From positions 27,528,001-27,592,000 of the forward strand of contig JBHGNT010000002.1 of assembly GCA_043228905.1 (NCBI GenBank): a stretch of DNA of 64,000 nucleotides. Reading direction: 5' to 3'. Source of the DNA: Azolla caroliniana (taxonomy: Eukaryota > Plantae > Polypodiophyta). Made by a program: the position numbers and the translations under genes. Below, piece by piece: positions 47,101 through 59,930 of this stretch. The notes under the pieces were generated by a model. That model saw nothing but the letters and a program-made list of their open reading frames with translations, did not search any database and had not been told where the DNA came from. Positions within the stretch are counted from its first letter, which is position 1. Every line of letters starts with the position of its first letter.

Positions 47101-50100
47101 ATTCATGTCGGTCAAAATGTCAAGTGTACATGGAAAATATGGGGTGAACAACCATTGGCCAAAATTTGTCAAGAAGTTATGTTTCAATTCACTCTAGAAT
47201 GAGATAGACTAAGTTAGACATGACCCCAACAAACTAATTGAGTGTGCACGTTCATGTGTTGGGCTTGAGTGAGTTGCAAGCATGTGGTAAATGGGTGAGA
47301 CATGTCAAGGTCTAATGCACTGCATTCTTCCAACGGGATATGAGAGTTCCCTATCTTTCAATATGGCTGAATTGAATCTCTAGGGTTTCATGAGATAGAG
47401 ACTCAAAACACTTTTCGGCCATCAAACTCCATGATATCGTAAATGGTCAAAACACTTCTTGGACTAGACCATGACATCCATCTCAAACATCATAATATAC
47501 TATACATCAATGTCTCTCTTACGCGTATGGCATAAATTGTTATTAATTGTTGCTTTTTCCCATCTACTTGTCTAATTCCTCTAAATCTATATATCTCTCT
47601 CACACACAAGTGAGCATAACTTGTCATTGCTTGTTGCTTTCTCCCGCCTAATTGTCTTAACTCCTCTAAATCTATATATATCTCTCTCACATAGGTCGGC
47701 ATAACTTGCCATTGCTTCTTGTGTTCTCCTATCTACTAGTCGAATTCATCTATATCTATATCTATCTCACACAAGTGGGCATAACTTGTCATTGATTGTT
47801 TCTTTATCTTGTCTACTTGTCTCTATTATGATTTGATACTTTGTGTGTAAACCTTGGTTATAAAATCACGGAGTTTCGATACTTCTCTGCTTCCATAACA
47901 CATTCCCCTACCACACTCCCCTACTTCTCCGTCGCCAATTAGAGATGGTGTTCACATGTAAGCCATGCATAATATGTGTGTCCATATATCTAGAGTGGAT
48001 GATGAAACTAAGGGAGATTAGTTGGAGAAAGTGGGTACAGTAATGTGTCATCCTCATATAATGGGGAACAGATTCACATTCTCTTCGTCTTCAACCTTAG
48101 TATGCCAACTTTATTATCTTGATTCACTTGTGATTAACTAAGCCTTATATTGGGGTAGTCCAAATTGTAGTCAATACCATGTAAACCTTACAAAGTACTC
48201 AATGGAGCATATTAACATTGTTTATGAATGTGGAAGTGAAAGCAAGTCATGAGTATCTAGATTTGCGGAAAGTTCTACAACATTTGTATGAATTAAATGA
48301 TTAATTGAAATAGAGTTTAGATTACCATGAGTGCCACCCTTAGTTTAGTTGTTATGATCTCATCCTTGTTGATGATGTCACTTGTATCATATGTATATTA
48401 TATCATGTGTTACCATCCATCATAATACTCTCTATGTGGGTTATTTCCTTCTAAGATAGATTATCTATGCGTATGGTATGGAGTTGGACCCCAATTTGTT
48501 GACCAAGTGTGAGCACGATGATGGTGCAAAAAAGGCATGACTTAGTTAGGAGCACTTTGTGCATTGTAGTTTCGATGTCCCAAGAGTTGTATAAGTTCAT
48601 GTCAGTCGAGCTTCTAACATCGTTTGACCATGACCCCCACATACACATAGCATTAAACATATTCCATGCAACAAGATTCATATTATGCTTAACCTAATTT
48701 ACCGTTTTTGTAGCTTTAGTTGCAATTAGTAAATTATAGCTTTTGGTTTATAATCAAAATAATAAATGGAAATTGATTATTTACGAGAAAATAATAATAG
48801 CCAGTTAATTATCACGATAATGAACTAATTGAAAGTGAATATGAATTATTTTTTAAATGAACTCAAAGTTAGAATATGAATCCTTTCTACAATGAATAAA
48901 ATATATATAACCTTGAATGAGCTCTTGAAAGCATTGTGACGAATGCATCCTCATACATGACTGCATGTGTTGTGGGCCCAATCTGTAAGAGACATAGACT
49001 AATGTAAGCATTAGATAAGGATAGAATATAGATCTAGATAGAAAGGAGAGAGAGAAAGAAGGGTGCCGATCCACCCGACCACCCCTGAGCGAAGGGATCG
49101 AGACGGACTCGAGCCTTGATCAACGTCCCATACCACCGCCGTGGCGTCGAGTCGTACCTGGTGCTGGCGCTCGCTACAAGAGTTGACCCACCACAAGACA
49201 GAGTCTCGACATAGTCAACAAGATAATGAAATGAGGGTAGCTAGGCCTCTATTTATAGCGATACCCAAGGCCCCCGACCATGTTCACACTTGGCCTAATG
49301 GGTTATCTCAATCCCGAGGATTTAAAAGTAATCCTCCCCTTCTTTACACTCTCGTTTAACCCTCACACTTATCCACGTGTATAGAATACTACGGTAAATT
49401 CTCACCACAGGATATTATATGGTCATGCCCGTAACACAGTCTATAAGAAAATGTGGGCTATACTCTCTAGTAATCGTGTCCTTAACATGAATACACATGG
49501 TATAACCACATCCCACTACCTTTGCATTTCTCACTATCAAACTCTTTGTTTTCTTGCACGAATCTTTCGTATATATCCACACCATGAGTTGTTTTGAAGC
49601 ATCTCTAAGTTGTGATATTGATCGTTGTTATTCATTTGCTCTCCTCACTAATTTGATCAAAGCATTTGAACTAGAGTTCCATTTGCTATATCACATTTTT
49701 TTCTTGAATATGGATATGGTGTGAGTTTAAACAAAATCTAAGCTCTGGCCCATTATTACAAGGGCATTAACATGTTTTACAATCATTTTGTCAGATTGAA
49801 CTTCGGGGTGGATTTAGTGCACGTGGATACAGAGAATAGTGAAGAATATCACAATGCCTTATGGAAGTTAGGTGATGCCGTCATGTCTTGTGCTTATAAG
49901 GTGGGTTACCTAACCAAGTAGTTTTGAGAATTATTTTGAGCATTTAATGATATTTCATTCGCCTATATTGTTGGCAAAACATTGTTTGTTTTACACAACA
50001 TAACATGCTTTGGAAAATTGGAATTTATAGTGCAAACATAAATTAATAAAGAAAACTACTACAACATGTTTTCATAATAAATTATTTTAACTGTCCCAAA

Positions 50101-50803
50101 TAATAATATCATCAAATGTCACTAAAGGTAACATGCCTTGGTGATTACAAGACATACACTCATGAGATTCAACTTTATCAATCTTGGGAAAAGGTGAAAT
50201 GTGTCTTGTAGTATATAATTCTAGGAAGGAGCTAATTCCATGTGTATTATGTGTTGAAATATTCAAAACAGGCATCACCCATATTCACATTCGCAAATCA
50301 AGCTGGACTTGACATGTTAGAAACCACACCTATGGAATTAAAAGACTTATCATGGGAACAAACATTCGATGAACTCACTCAAAAAACCTTTTGTTCAATC
50401 CTTAACCAAGTAATGCAACAGGTACTATTATTCTCATTTTTACTCTAGTTGTTATCTTCAGAGATTCTTATTATATACACCTTACTCAAAACAATGGACA
50501 TAAGGATGACATTGCTTGTGTCTTGCCACTTTCATGTCAAGATTTTATTGTGTAATGCAAGCCTCTAGAAAGTCATTTATATTTTCCATTTCATCATGTT
50601 GTTTTATCTTGTAGGGTTATACATGTCTACCAGGAGGCGTAAGGTTGTCAAGTATGGGTCATTCGGCAACATATGATCGTGCAGTAGTTTGGAAGGTGGT
50701 CGAGGCAGATCAAGTTACTGTACACGGTGTGGCTTTTCTTTATTACAATTGGTCCTTACATGATGAGACAAAGCACATACATCACCATGCCTTGTTATTA
50801 TGA
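39184..50803 (+). CDS. C3HDZ: Class III homeodomain-leucine zipper transcription factor (HD, bZIP, START, SAD, MEKHLA), 18 exons, ~998 aa
   Basis: Exons 39184-39590, 39972-40131, 40929-41050, 41232-41322, 41851-41952, 42130-42243, 42392-42475, 42920-43078, 43236-43310, 43465-43577, 43730-43937, 44189-44368, 44502-44570, 44807-44947, 45427-45953, 49795-49900, 50272-50421, 50615-50803; all GT..AG, 2997 nt in frame. Motifs: GKYVRYS..QIKVWFQNRRCREKQRKE, TTDTSCESVVTSG, KATGT..WVQMHGMKPGPDS, GFNDAVNGFADDGW, FLREHRSEWAD, RTLDLASSLEVG, FTFANQAGLDMLETT. Confidence 0.95.
39670..39875. repeat. Microsatellite-seeded ~45-55-bp tandem repeats in HD-Zip intron 1
   Basis: TATGTATGTAGC(TG)CCATGGATGCACAATGTG recurs 4-5 times. 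Confidence 0.75.
41312..41860 (+). promoter_or_regulatory. miR165/166 target site split by intron 4
   Basis: Exon 4 end ATGGGATGAAG (41312-41322) plus exon 5 start CCTGGTCCGG (41851-41860) gives ATGGGATGAAGCCTGGTCCGG, complementary to miR166 (UCGGACCAGGCUUCAUUCCCC). This is the known HD-ZIP III site. Confidence 0.9.
47530..47825. repeat. ~85-bp degenerate tandem repeat (about 4 copies) in HD-Zip intron 15
   Basis: GCATAACTTGTCATTGCTTGTT...TCTAAATCTATATATCTCTCTCACAC recurs. Confidence 0.75.
48968..49436 (-). mobile_element. Probable solo LTR in HD-Zip intron 15
   Basis: GC-richer block bounded by TGTTGTGGGC...GCCCGTAACA (TG..CA with imperfect terminal inverted repeat), with a TATA-like CTATAAATAGAGG on the minus strand. 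No clean 4-6-bp TSD seen. Confidence 0.55.
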
Positions 50804-52434
50804 GATCCTCGAGCTAGAGAGTGACTTATTTTCATATAACTTGATTAATAATATTATGTATTCTTATTATTAATGACATAAGTTATTGAAAAACATCCAA
50901 AGAGAGATGCGAATTTAGTATGAAACTCACATGCATATAGACATAAACCTCTTGTGCGATGTTCATTAAACCGAGAACCTAGTGACATTCTTAGTGCTTT
51001 GGCAATTTGAACTAATGCTCAATGCTAGGACTTTGGAAAAAATCACAATCACTAGATAATCATTTATCTACAATACCTAATTTATTCTTGTGATAAAATG
51101 GATATGTTTAGATCCCAAACTTGTATAGGAGAACTATCTATTATAAAATCCCTTTATGCAATGTTGTACGGATGGGGGTACATTATAAGGGGGATATACA
51201 TTGATTAAATAGAAAAATGTAGGTTTGTTGACAAAAAGTTTAAAGGAAAATGGATTTACACATTGAATATTCATGGATAGTGAATTTGGCCCTCATTTAT
51301 TTGGATCTTGGCATTGAATTATTTTCTATTGAACAACATAAATGTGCGCAGGTGATAGTCTTCAAATCTCAAAACGTTTTTTTATAAGACAACAATGTTA
51401 ACCATTCAATTTAATCTACGCAAAAATCAGGTGCCCCTTTACAATTGTCTAATGTACACCATTTCAAACATGAGGGCAAGTGGATCCAATGGAAGCCACC
51501 TTGTTTGACCACATATATGCTCAAAATTTGCATCTTTGTGTCACGATGGGTCCAAAGTGTTGATTTGCATTTGCGAGATACTTGTTTGTGATATTATGAA
51601 AACACAAGTGAACATGGACATAAGACAATGCTTTTTACATGGTCTCTCATGAGAACATAATATGATAACACAAAATCCTTGAACATTCACACACACGGAA
51701 ACCCTATGAATGACCCACGTGTACGTATTTCAAATGGAAGGCACGTGGCATTTGTTTTCCACATTACCATCCAAGATATAACAATTCGGTATGCATAGGT
51801 CTTGCGCACCTCAACATGTGTGGATAGTAACAATGCCCATTGAACCTATATCACTATGTATTTGGTCCATAACTAGACATTGATCTCTAAACCATGCCAT
51901 TTGTCATAGTGCAATAGCTCTTTACACAATTGTACACATCACGTCCTTCAAACTATTGTTGCTTATAGAACGATCATATTGCCGATACTCAATTAAACAA
52001 TACGATACTCAACAACATGCATAGGAAGATTGTGCTCGTCAGCTTGCATTTGGATTTGAGACCTTGATAGGCTGCTTTATTCATACAATCAAATGCACTT
52101 CATAAGGGAGCAACACCCCCCTATGGAGCATCAATGTGGTGGAGTGTACATGGTTGTAGGAGTACTATCTACAGATGAAGTTTTGATGGGATGGGCAGTG
52201 GAGGGTGCAAAGGCAAGCAAACATGTTTAGCAAGCAAAATACATATAGACAAGACGACGGACAATGGACACGATGAGATGGAGGATTCAAATTTCAAACA
52301 AAATTGAGATTTAGAAGAAAAGGAAGACCTTCTAGAGAAGGAGAAAAATCATTCCCAACACATGTATGATGTGACACACATGTCACATACATACATGCAT
52401 ATAACCTACATCCAATAATGCATACATACATGAT

Positions 52435-52519
<85 letters not shown>

Positions 52520-52656
52520 TAGACACACATCATCGAATCATATCAAACTAGCCAGACAAACCAAAGCAAGAGAAAACTCAGGAAGAAGAAGAAGAAGAAG
52601 AAGAAAGAAACCATTCTTCTGCACTCCTGCATCAAATCCCTACAGAAGCTTCAGTT

Positions 52657-53209
52657 ATGGTGAGTCTCTCTCTGTCTCTCTGTCTCTCTCTCTCTGTCTC
52701 TCTCTCGTGTTTGTTTGATCGGTTTTGCACATCGAACTCAGTACTTTATCTTCCCCCCCTTTAGCGTTACGTGCTTCTGAACTCCCTTTCATCATCACAC
52801 CCTTGAGTTTTTCATGTTTTCAGCATTCTGTGTCGTCTCGTCTCGTCCCATCAATTCAGAAACTGTTTGTTTCTGGTTTTGATATGTTATTATTTCCAGA
52901 GAGGGATTAGGCTCTCTTTTTTTTTTTTTTGTTCTGGTGCAATTTTGTCATCCGAAAACTTGATTTACTTCTACGTAGTCTGATATCTCTTACTCATTCA
53001 CCCACTGTATTTCAAGTTAAAAGGAGCTCCATTTCGTGTCCTCGGGTCATGGTTTCTTTGCGATATCTGATAGATTACAAATTTTGCAACATCTGTTTTT
53101 CTTTCAATCACAGACCTTCATTTGGCAAAACCAGACCTATTTTTTGAAAAATCAAGAAATCTAACCTTTAAATGTAATGATGCATTTTTTGTTGTTCACC
53201 AACGTGTGC

Positions 53210-53252
<43 letters not shown>

Positions 53253-54576
53253 TGTATGCCTGCACATTGTTATCAACTCACTTGTGTGAATTGAAATCCT
53301 TTTCTTTTTGCTCGTTGTCTTCAAGGCCAATGCAGCATCAGGTGTGGCTGTGGCGGATGAATGCAAGACAAAGTTTCTGGAGCTGAAGCGTAGGAAGGTC
53401 TTTCGATATATTGTCTTCAAGATGGATGCAGGGGCCCAGAGGGTAGCGGTGGAGAAGTTGGGCGGGCGTCATGAGAGTTATGATGATTTCACTGCATCCC
53501 TCCCTAATGACGACTGTCGATATGCTGTCTACGACTTCGATTTTGTTACCGAGGACATGTGCCAGAAGAGCAAGATCTTCTTCATTGCATGGTATGTTTA
53601 TGTATGGTATGTCAAATATGTATGTATGGTATGTCTAGTATGTGTGAGTGCATGTATGTATGGATGTATATGTATGATTGTATGGTATGTCTAGTATGTC
53701 TAGTATGAGTTTATGTGAAATGCTTAATATTGTGGCCTTTATGCCTGCCTGCATGTATGTATATGTGTACGATCTCATTTAAATCACGATTAGTTATTTA
53801 TTTTATCTCATTCATATGATCTCTCATAAGTTTACACTTTATTGTGATTATTTGAGTTCTTGATTTATAAAATTATTTAAATACTTTGCTAAGATGATTA
53901 GGAAATCTATATGTTCATCTTATTTGAGAAGAATTTAGTGAGAAAAGCATTGCCTGATGTCAAGTTTCCAATTTTGATATTTATTTATTTAGTTTTGGGA
54001 GACCTTCAAAATACCCCCGAGTCTTATCTTTAATTACTCAAACACCCCATCTGCCAAAAGTCCCTTTCTGGTGTAAACCCTTCTCGAACATTTTACATGT
54101 CCTACTTAAGCAATTATATTGTTTTTTAACACCCATTTTCCTGTCTTTTGGGTGTTGAACAAGGATGTTTGAGGAATTAGGAACTGGGGATATTGGAATT
54201 ATTTTCCCGTTGAATCTCTTGTGGAACTGTTTTAAGTTGAAAGGATAATAGGCTTCCATGGTCACCCAATTTCTAAAATGTTTATCTCCATGAGATCTTA
54301 TGTCATGCTGAGATCCAAGTTTAGTTTCTCAAATCTTATTCTGCTTTTTGTATCATAGATTACTGTTTTGATCTTTATTGTCACCTTGGGGGATCAAATT
54401 GCAATACTACTTTGTTTTGGTTGGTAAGGTCTCCCGATATATCTCGAGTGAGAACAAAAATGTTGTACGCCAGCTCAAAGGATCGATTCAAACGTGAATT
54501 AGATCTCACCTATGAAATACAAGCTTCAGATCCAACCGAAATTGAGATACAAAATCTGAAGGAAAGGTCGTATTAA
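52657..54576 (+). CDS. ADF: Actin-depolymerizing factor (ADF/cofilin), 3 exons, 138 aa
   Basis: ATG-only first coding exon 52657-52659 followed by GTGAGT (typical of plant ADF); exon 2 53326-53591 ([40 protein letters not shown]); exon 3 54429-54576 ([32 protein letters not shown]..). 417 nt in frame; the regulatory Ser6 is present. Confidence 0.95.
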
Positions 54577-57500
54577 GATCATACTTAACCAATTTGGAAA
54601 TGATATATGCATATAGCGTCTTGGCTCGATCAGTTTTGAAAGTGATTTATGTGGGATGCTTCTTCGAGCTATCAATTTGGAGAAGATAAAAACAAAGAAC
54701 AAAAACATGTGGGACATAATCGTGGAAATAAAAATGCAAGTCCTTATTTGGACTTCAGAGATCTCTTTATCCTTTGCGTAGATTATATATGTACAAAGTG
54801 TCTGTTATATCTTTGATACATAAAGTCTCTTACAGTCCACAATGTTCTAGTTATGAGTTTTTCTGGTTATTCATAACTGGCGAGGTTTCTCAAACCATAA
54901 AATGATTCATGATTAATTTTCTATAGTGCACATGCACTCAAATTATACAGCTATTATATTTCCTGGCATTCTTTTGAAGTGATTTGTGCTAATTATTTGA
55001 TTACAGTGATCATAACAATTGTCCATGTGATTCATTTTTTTGAAATGAGATTATCTATGTTTGAATGAAAATTACACATGTTACTTATGCCTGTATTTCC
55101 GCACTGTTACAAGTGTTTGTCTATGAAATGCGAATTGCCCATTTGATGCATGCCCTTTGTCTATGTATGTTACCTGTGGTATGCTTGAGAGAGAAGAAAA
55201 GTACTGGAATGCCTTCATCTTCGATATGGGTTTGCTTGATCAGCCCTTATTGCTGGCTATGCTCAACAAATCGGCTATGATGAGAGTACAAGGGAATTGG
55301 TTGGTATATTTGTTTATCCAACACAACTTTTGTATTTCTTATGATTTCATAATACCAAGGGGTATCTTTTTAAGAATTTTTTTTTTCCTCATGTGATGCA
55401 TGTATAATTTTAGTGTCGAGGAATGTTCATCTTTGAATGATAATTAGAGGTTTGCTAATAGTGGAAGTGTAATAAAGATATACAGTAGTACATAGAATTG
55501 AATCAAAGGCCTGGGTTTGATAGCATAATGGCTCGTTGCATGGGTAACCACATTAAACTAGAGAGAGGGAGAGGGATGCTAATTTGTAGCCAATTCATAG
55601 GCCATCACTTTGGTAAATGTAATGGCCATTCTCTAGGGTAGCTGATTTTATGATCAAGGGAGGGAATGAGTAGAAGAATTTTTGCAGGATCCTCCTTGTA
55701 GTAGCAAATAGACTTCGGTGTTTATTCTTTAAAGAATCATTGCCTAAAAATCCCAATTGAAAGCTTATGATATATGGTATCCTGTTTTGTTGAGATGTCA
55801 ACCTTTCTTTGACGATTCTGGAATGTAATTTTTTCATCACCTTGCCCTTAGGATTGTTGTGTGATGATTCTGTGGTATGTGTTATATTTTCTTGAAGATT
55901 TTTTATTCAGCATGTCTCTAGGTCTTCATTTAGTCCAAGCGCCCTTAAGAGGGCCAACCATGATGTTCTCTTGTATGAGAGGGAAATTAAGAGTATGATC
56001 AGGGGGCATCTCAAATACTAGATATGACATTCAAAGAACTTTCACCACTATGCAAATAAAAAGATAGAATGTTTTACTTAAATTTAATGAATTGTTTGTA
56101 TGACTAGATATGTAAGGGTGTGTTTATGTTGAGCACTCCAGGGCGTTGCATCCTAAAGGTTGGGACGGAACACTCGATGCTTGGAAGATGAATTGATCAT
56201 TGAGAGCTCGAAGGCTCTGAATTGTCGAAGGTTGGGAGGGAACACTTGAGGGTTGAGGGCTCAAATGATCAAACTGAAGTGTTAGGAGTTGTGTTGGCCA
56301 AATAGTGTGCTCCAAGGCTTTATCACAAAAAACAATTACTCAAGAAATGATGTTTACTTCTACCAATAAACCATTGTTTAATGTACAAAACTTGGCATTG
56401 CAAACCCATACAACTTTTATACATGTATTACTCTTAACTTGTTAGCTAGGGTAGCTTATATTATCTTTGTGCATCATGGGTGCTATATGTTGGCATATTT
56501 AATCACAAAATTTCTTTTCAATGATTTCTAATTTCCAATGGCGCATGCTTATTGGTGTGCCTTTGCGTTACTTTCTACAATTGCTTCCTCCACTACCTAC
56601 AAACCAATGTTCTGAAATAATATAAGCTTGTTTTACATTATTAAGTTGTTCGGAGCTCAAGTTGTTTTGAAGCATTACACAATTCCCTTTTATTATTGTT
56701 ACACATACGTTACTTAAAAAGAAGTGGATACACAGAAATCCATATATAATCACATGAAAGAACACATTGATAAAATGTGATGCAACTATAAAAAGGTAAA
56801 GAAATTTATAATGGTGTAGGTCAACTAAGACCTAAAGGTGCAACTTTTGTAGAAACTATGAAGTTGAGAATATTTACCGTCAAAAACACAATATGAATGA
56901 TAAAGTAAAAATAGCTTTCTACAACACAAGTATGATAACAAAAACCATTGGGAGCTTAACCATTTGGGAAGATACCAATGTCAACAACTATGTCTTGTTT
57001 ATTTTTAAATAATGCAATGGTTATTTTTATTGCCCGTCATCATTATAAAACTATAATGGTGTAATTTCACTATTTACAAAAGGGGGTACAACAAACTTCT
57101 ATGAGTTATCATTGATATAACGTTCATCTTGAGTTCGACACATTTTTGACAATATTCTAAGGGGCCAAAGAAACATCAAGTGCCAATATCTTTGGTGATA
57201 ATGATGTAATACTTAGCTGTAGGTTGACTTCTTGTTTATCCCGTAATGAAGCATTCAAGGAACACGTGTAACATGGAACTATAAGAACTTTAATCCAAAC
57301 AAGAAAAGCATTCATTACAAGAAACATTACATACAAGTTATGGAATTTAAAAATATTATGTATGTAGCCATGACCACGGCAATGTTATTTATTTATGAAA
57401 TCTAAGTGATAAGGCGTCATATATAATTACTCGGTACTCGCAACACCTATGTCAGCATGAAGTGATGTATGCATTGGGAGAAAAGAACTTTGCGTGACCA

Positions 57501-59459
57501 TAAGTCGTTGAGTTGTACACTTTCCTAACATATCCTAGACAACTTTATGTCACAACGGTCCGTTGAAATTAGAGAGTTAGTTGAGACTTATCTTTTATTT
57601 AACGATCCATCATTGTCTCTCGTATTTCTCTATATACATATGTCATGATTATTACTTTACGATATGTTTGTGTGTATGTGTCTAATGTGTATATTGGGAA
57701 ACACAAGAAAGAGAAGAGATGAAATTAAAGGTTTTTTAATATGTTATGTTCATATAATCCATACATTGTGGTACATTGTGGGCTTTTCATACATGTGTAC
57801 ATTCATCCACATATTATAGTAAATGTATGTATCCCATATGAAATTTCGAGAAACTATCTAGATTAGATACATAAAATCTTCTAAACAATGTATTATGTAA
57901 AGGTCCACCACATTTCTTTTTCGTTTAATTGGGGCTATTAAATCAATAGCTTAAAAGTCCATCAAATAAACAAACAATTTACATCGAGAGCATCGTAACT
58001 ACTTCCAAAACCATGGAGACATTGTTTGTCCTTACTTCCTTTTCGAATGTAAAACAATTGCATGTTTATAATGATTACGTCAAATTGCTCTTATTTGGGG
58101 GGGACACACAAGGCTATTTAATGCTCACAAAAAATATTGCCTTTTTAACCAATGGAAACAATCCCTATGCATGGCTTTGGTCGGGATTTTGAAAATCCAG
58201 TCCCTTTTACAAGATAGCACAAAATGTTTGTCGGTCTTGTCCATGTCTAACCATTTTAAAACATTCACACACACAAGCACATACATTTTGCCTCATTGTA
58301 AATTGTTGTAAGAAATTCCCAAGTTATAAATGTATGCAAAAAATGTTTGGACCTTTGAAAATGTTAGAAAAATACAAAGAAGAAATAGTTTAGGGTTTGC
58401 AACCCAAAAGAAAACTTAGGCTACATTCTAGAATAATGGAAATTTCCGAAATTTAATTGTAAACATACTTTCAAACGAACAATTTCATTTACACTTTCCA
58501 TCATCCACCATTAACGCGATAGACCCGTCTATTAAAACTTTCAAGAACATGAATATCTCTCTTTTTGAAATATTGGCATCATTTAACATGGTATAACGAA
58601 ATATTTTATTTTCGATTATGTAATCAAACATCTCATTGTTCAAGGTTTGTTATAAGTATTAATTAGCCTTAGAATATAGAATAAGGCATATATAGGTTTA
58701 ACCCCTTTACTAATCAAGGCTTCTATCTATCGAACAAGGGATTTCGCTCTAAAATTTGTCTCGAAAATATGTACTAAAAGGTCCAAAGGACTAGTGTGAA
58801 GTTTATATATGTATATTATATATATATATATACATATATAAAGCATGGAAGCAAGTTTCGGTCAACTAGTTTTTGGAAATTGTAGCCTTCACAATGGATG
58901 TTGTTTTTAATCCATTAAATAAAATTTAATAAAGGCAAGAGTTGGGACATGGATATTATAAGTTTTCAACCCGATGTCACAAGATGTTACTCCTAAATTT
59001 TGCACATTGGAGTACAACATCGTCAAGTCGATGAGGTCAACATGACGAATCCTTCCTCAACTTACTTCGTGTTGAAATTTTAATGAAATGTTGACACGAT
59101 GAAAAACAACACCCTTTGGATATTTTATTATCCAACCTTTAGTTAAGACATGTACGCAAAGCACATTTAAACTTGTAATTATATTATAAATGGATGGCCT
59201 TTCTACAATATATGCTCTACTTTATCACACTAGAACTCATATGATATTGTTCGGGATTTTAAGTTGTCATCGCTTTTTCATGAATATGTTTCGATCACAC
59301 TTCATATTCATATTTTTGACATCCCAATGTCGAATAGTAGATTCAATTATTCTTTTTATCTAAGCCAATATAACATATTGATCTTTTCAATATAGTGTAG
59401 TCAAAATTACTATGTAATTTGATAAGTTGATGTGATGAGAAAACACAATAATTCAATAA

Positions 59460-59640
59460 GACATCGGATATAAATTGATCATATGGTAATGTTATTGATG
59501 TTTTATGTCCCTCATCAAATATAAATTGATAATATAGTGTAATGTTCCCGATGTTTTCTCTCACTCCTCAAATATATATTGACCATATAGTAATATTACT
59601 AATGTTTTTCCTCCCTCATTTGAATGTAAATTGAGCCATG
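59460..59640. repeat. ~52-bp degenerate tandem repeat
   Basis: ATATAAATTGA.CATAT.GTAAT.TTA.T.ATGTTTT...CCCTCAT recurs 3-4 times. Confidence 0.6.
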
Positions 59641-59930
59641 AAATAGGAGGAAACGACTTTGAGGTGGAACTACCAGCCCTCACATTGGCTCCTTCCACCT
59701 TGCCTCTGTTGAAGGCCAGAGGATCTGGTTCGTGCTGATCGGTGATGATTGCCACTAGTTTATAGCTCTAGATACCTACTTACATTAAGTAGAAAGTAAG
59801 AGAGGATATGTACGTGGTCTCATATTCTTGAACTCGGCCAGGGGGTGATTCCCTGACTTATATACTTCTATAGTCTTTTTGTAAAAATCTCTCGTAACTA
59901 ATGGGAAAGTAGCCCCTTTATTTGGAAACC
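59640..59930 (+). mobile_element. L1 3' fragment (third subfamily)
   Basis: Encodes ..LRWNYQPSHWLLPPCLC* (compare KWNYQAPRWLFPP in the 30.6-kb L1). The 3' UTR ends GTAACTAATGGGAAAGTAGCCCCTTTATTTGGAAA. Confidence 0.7.
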
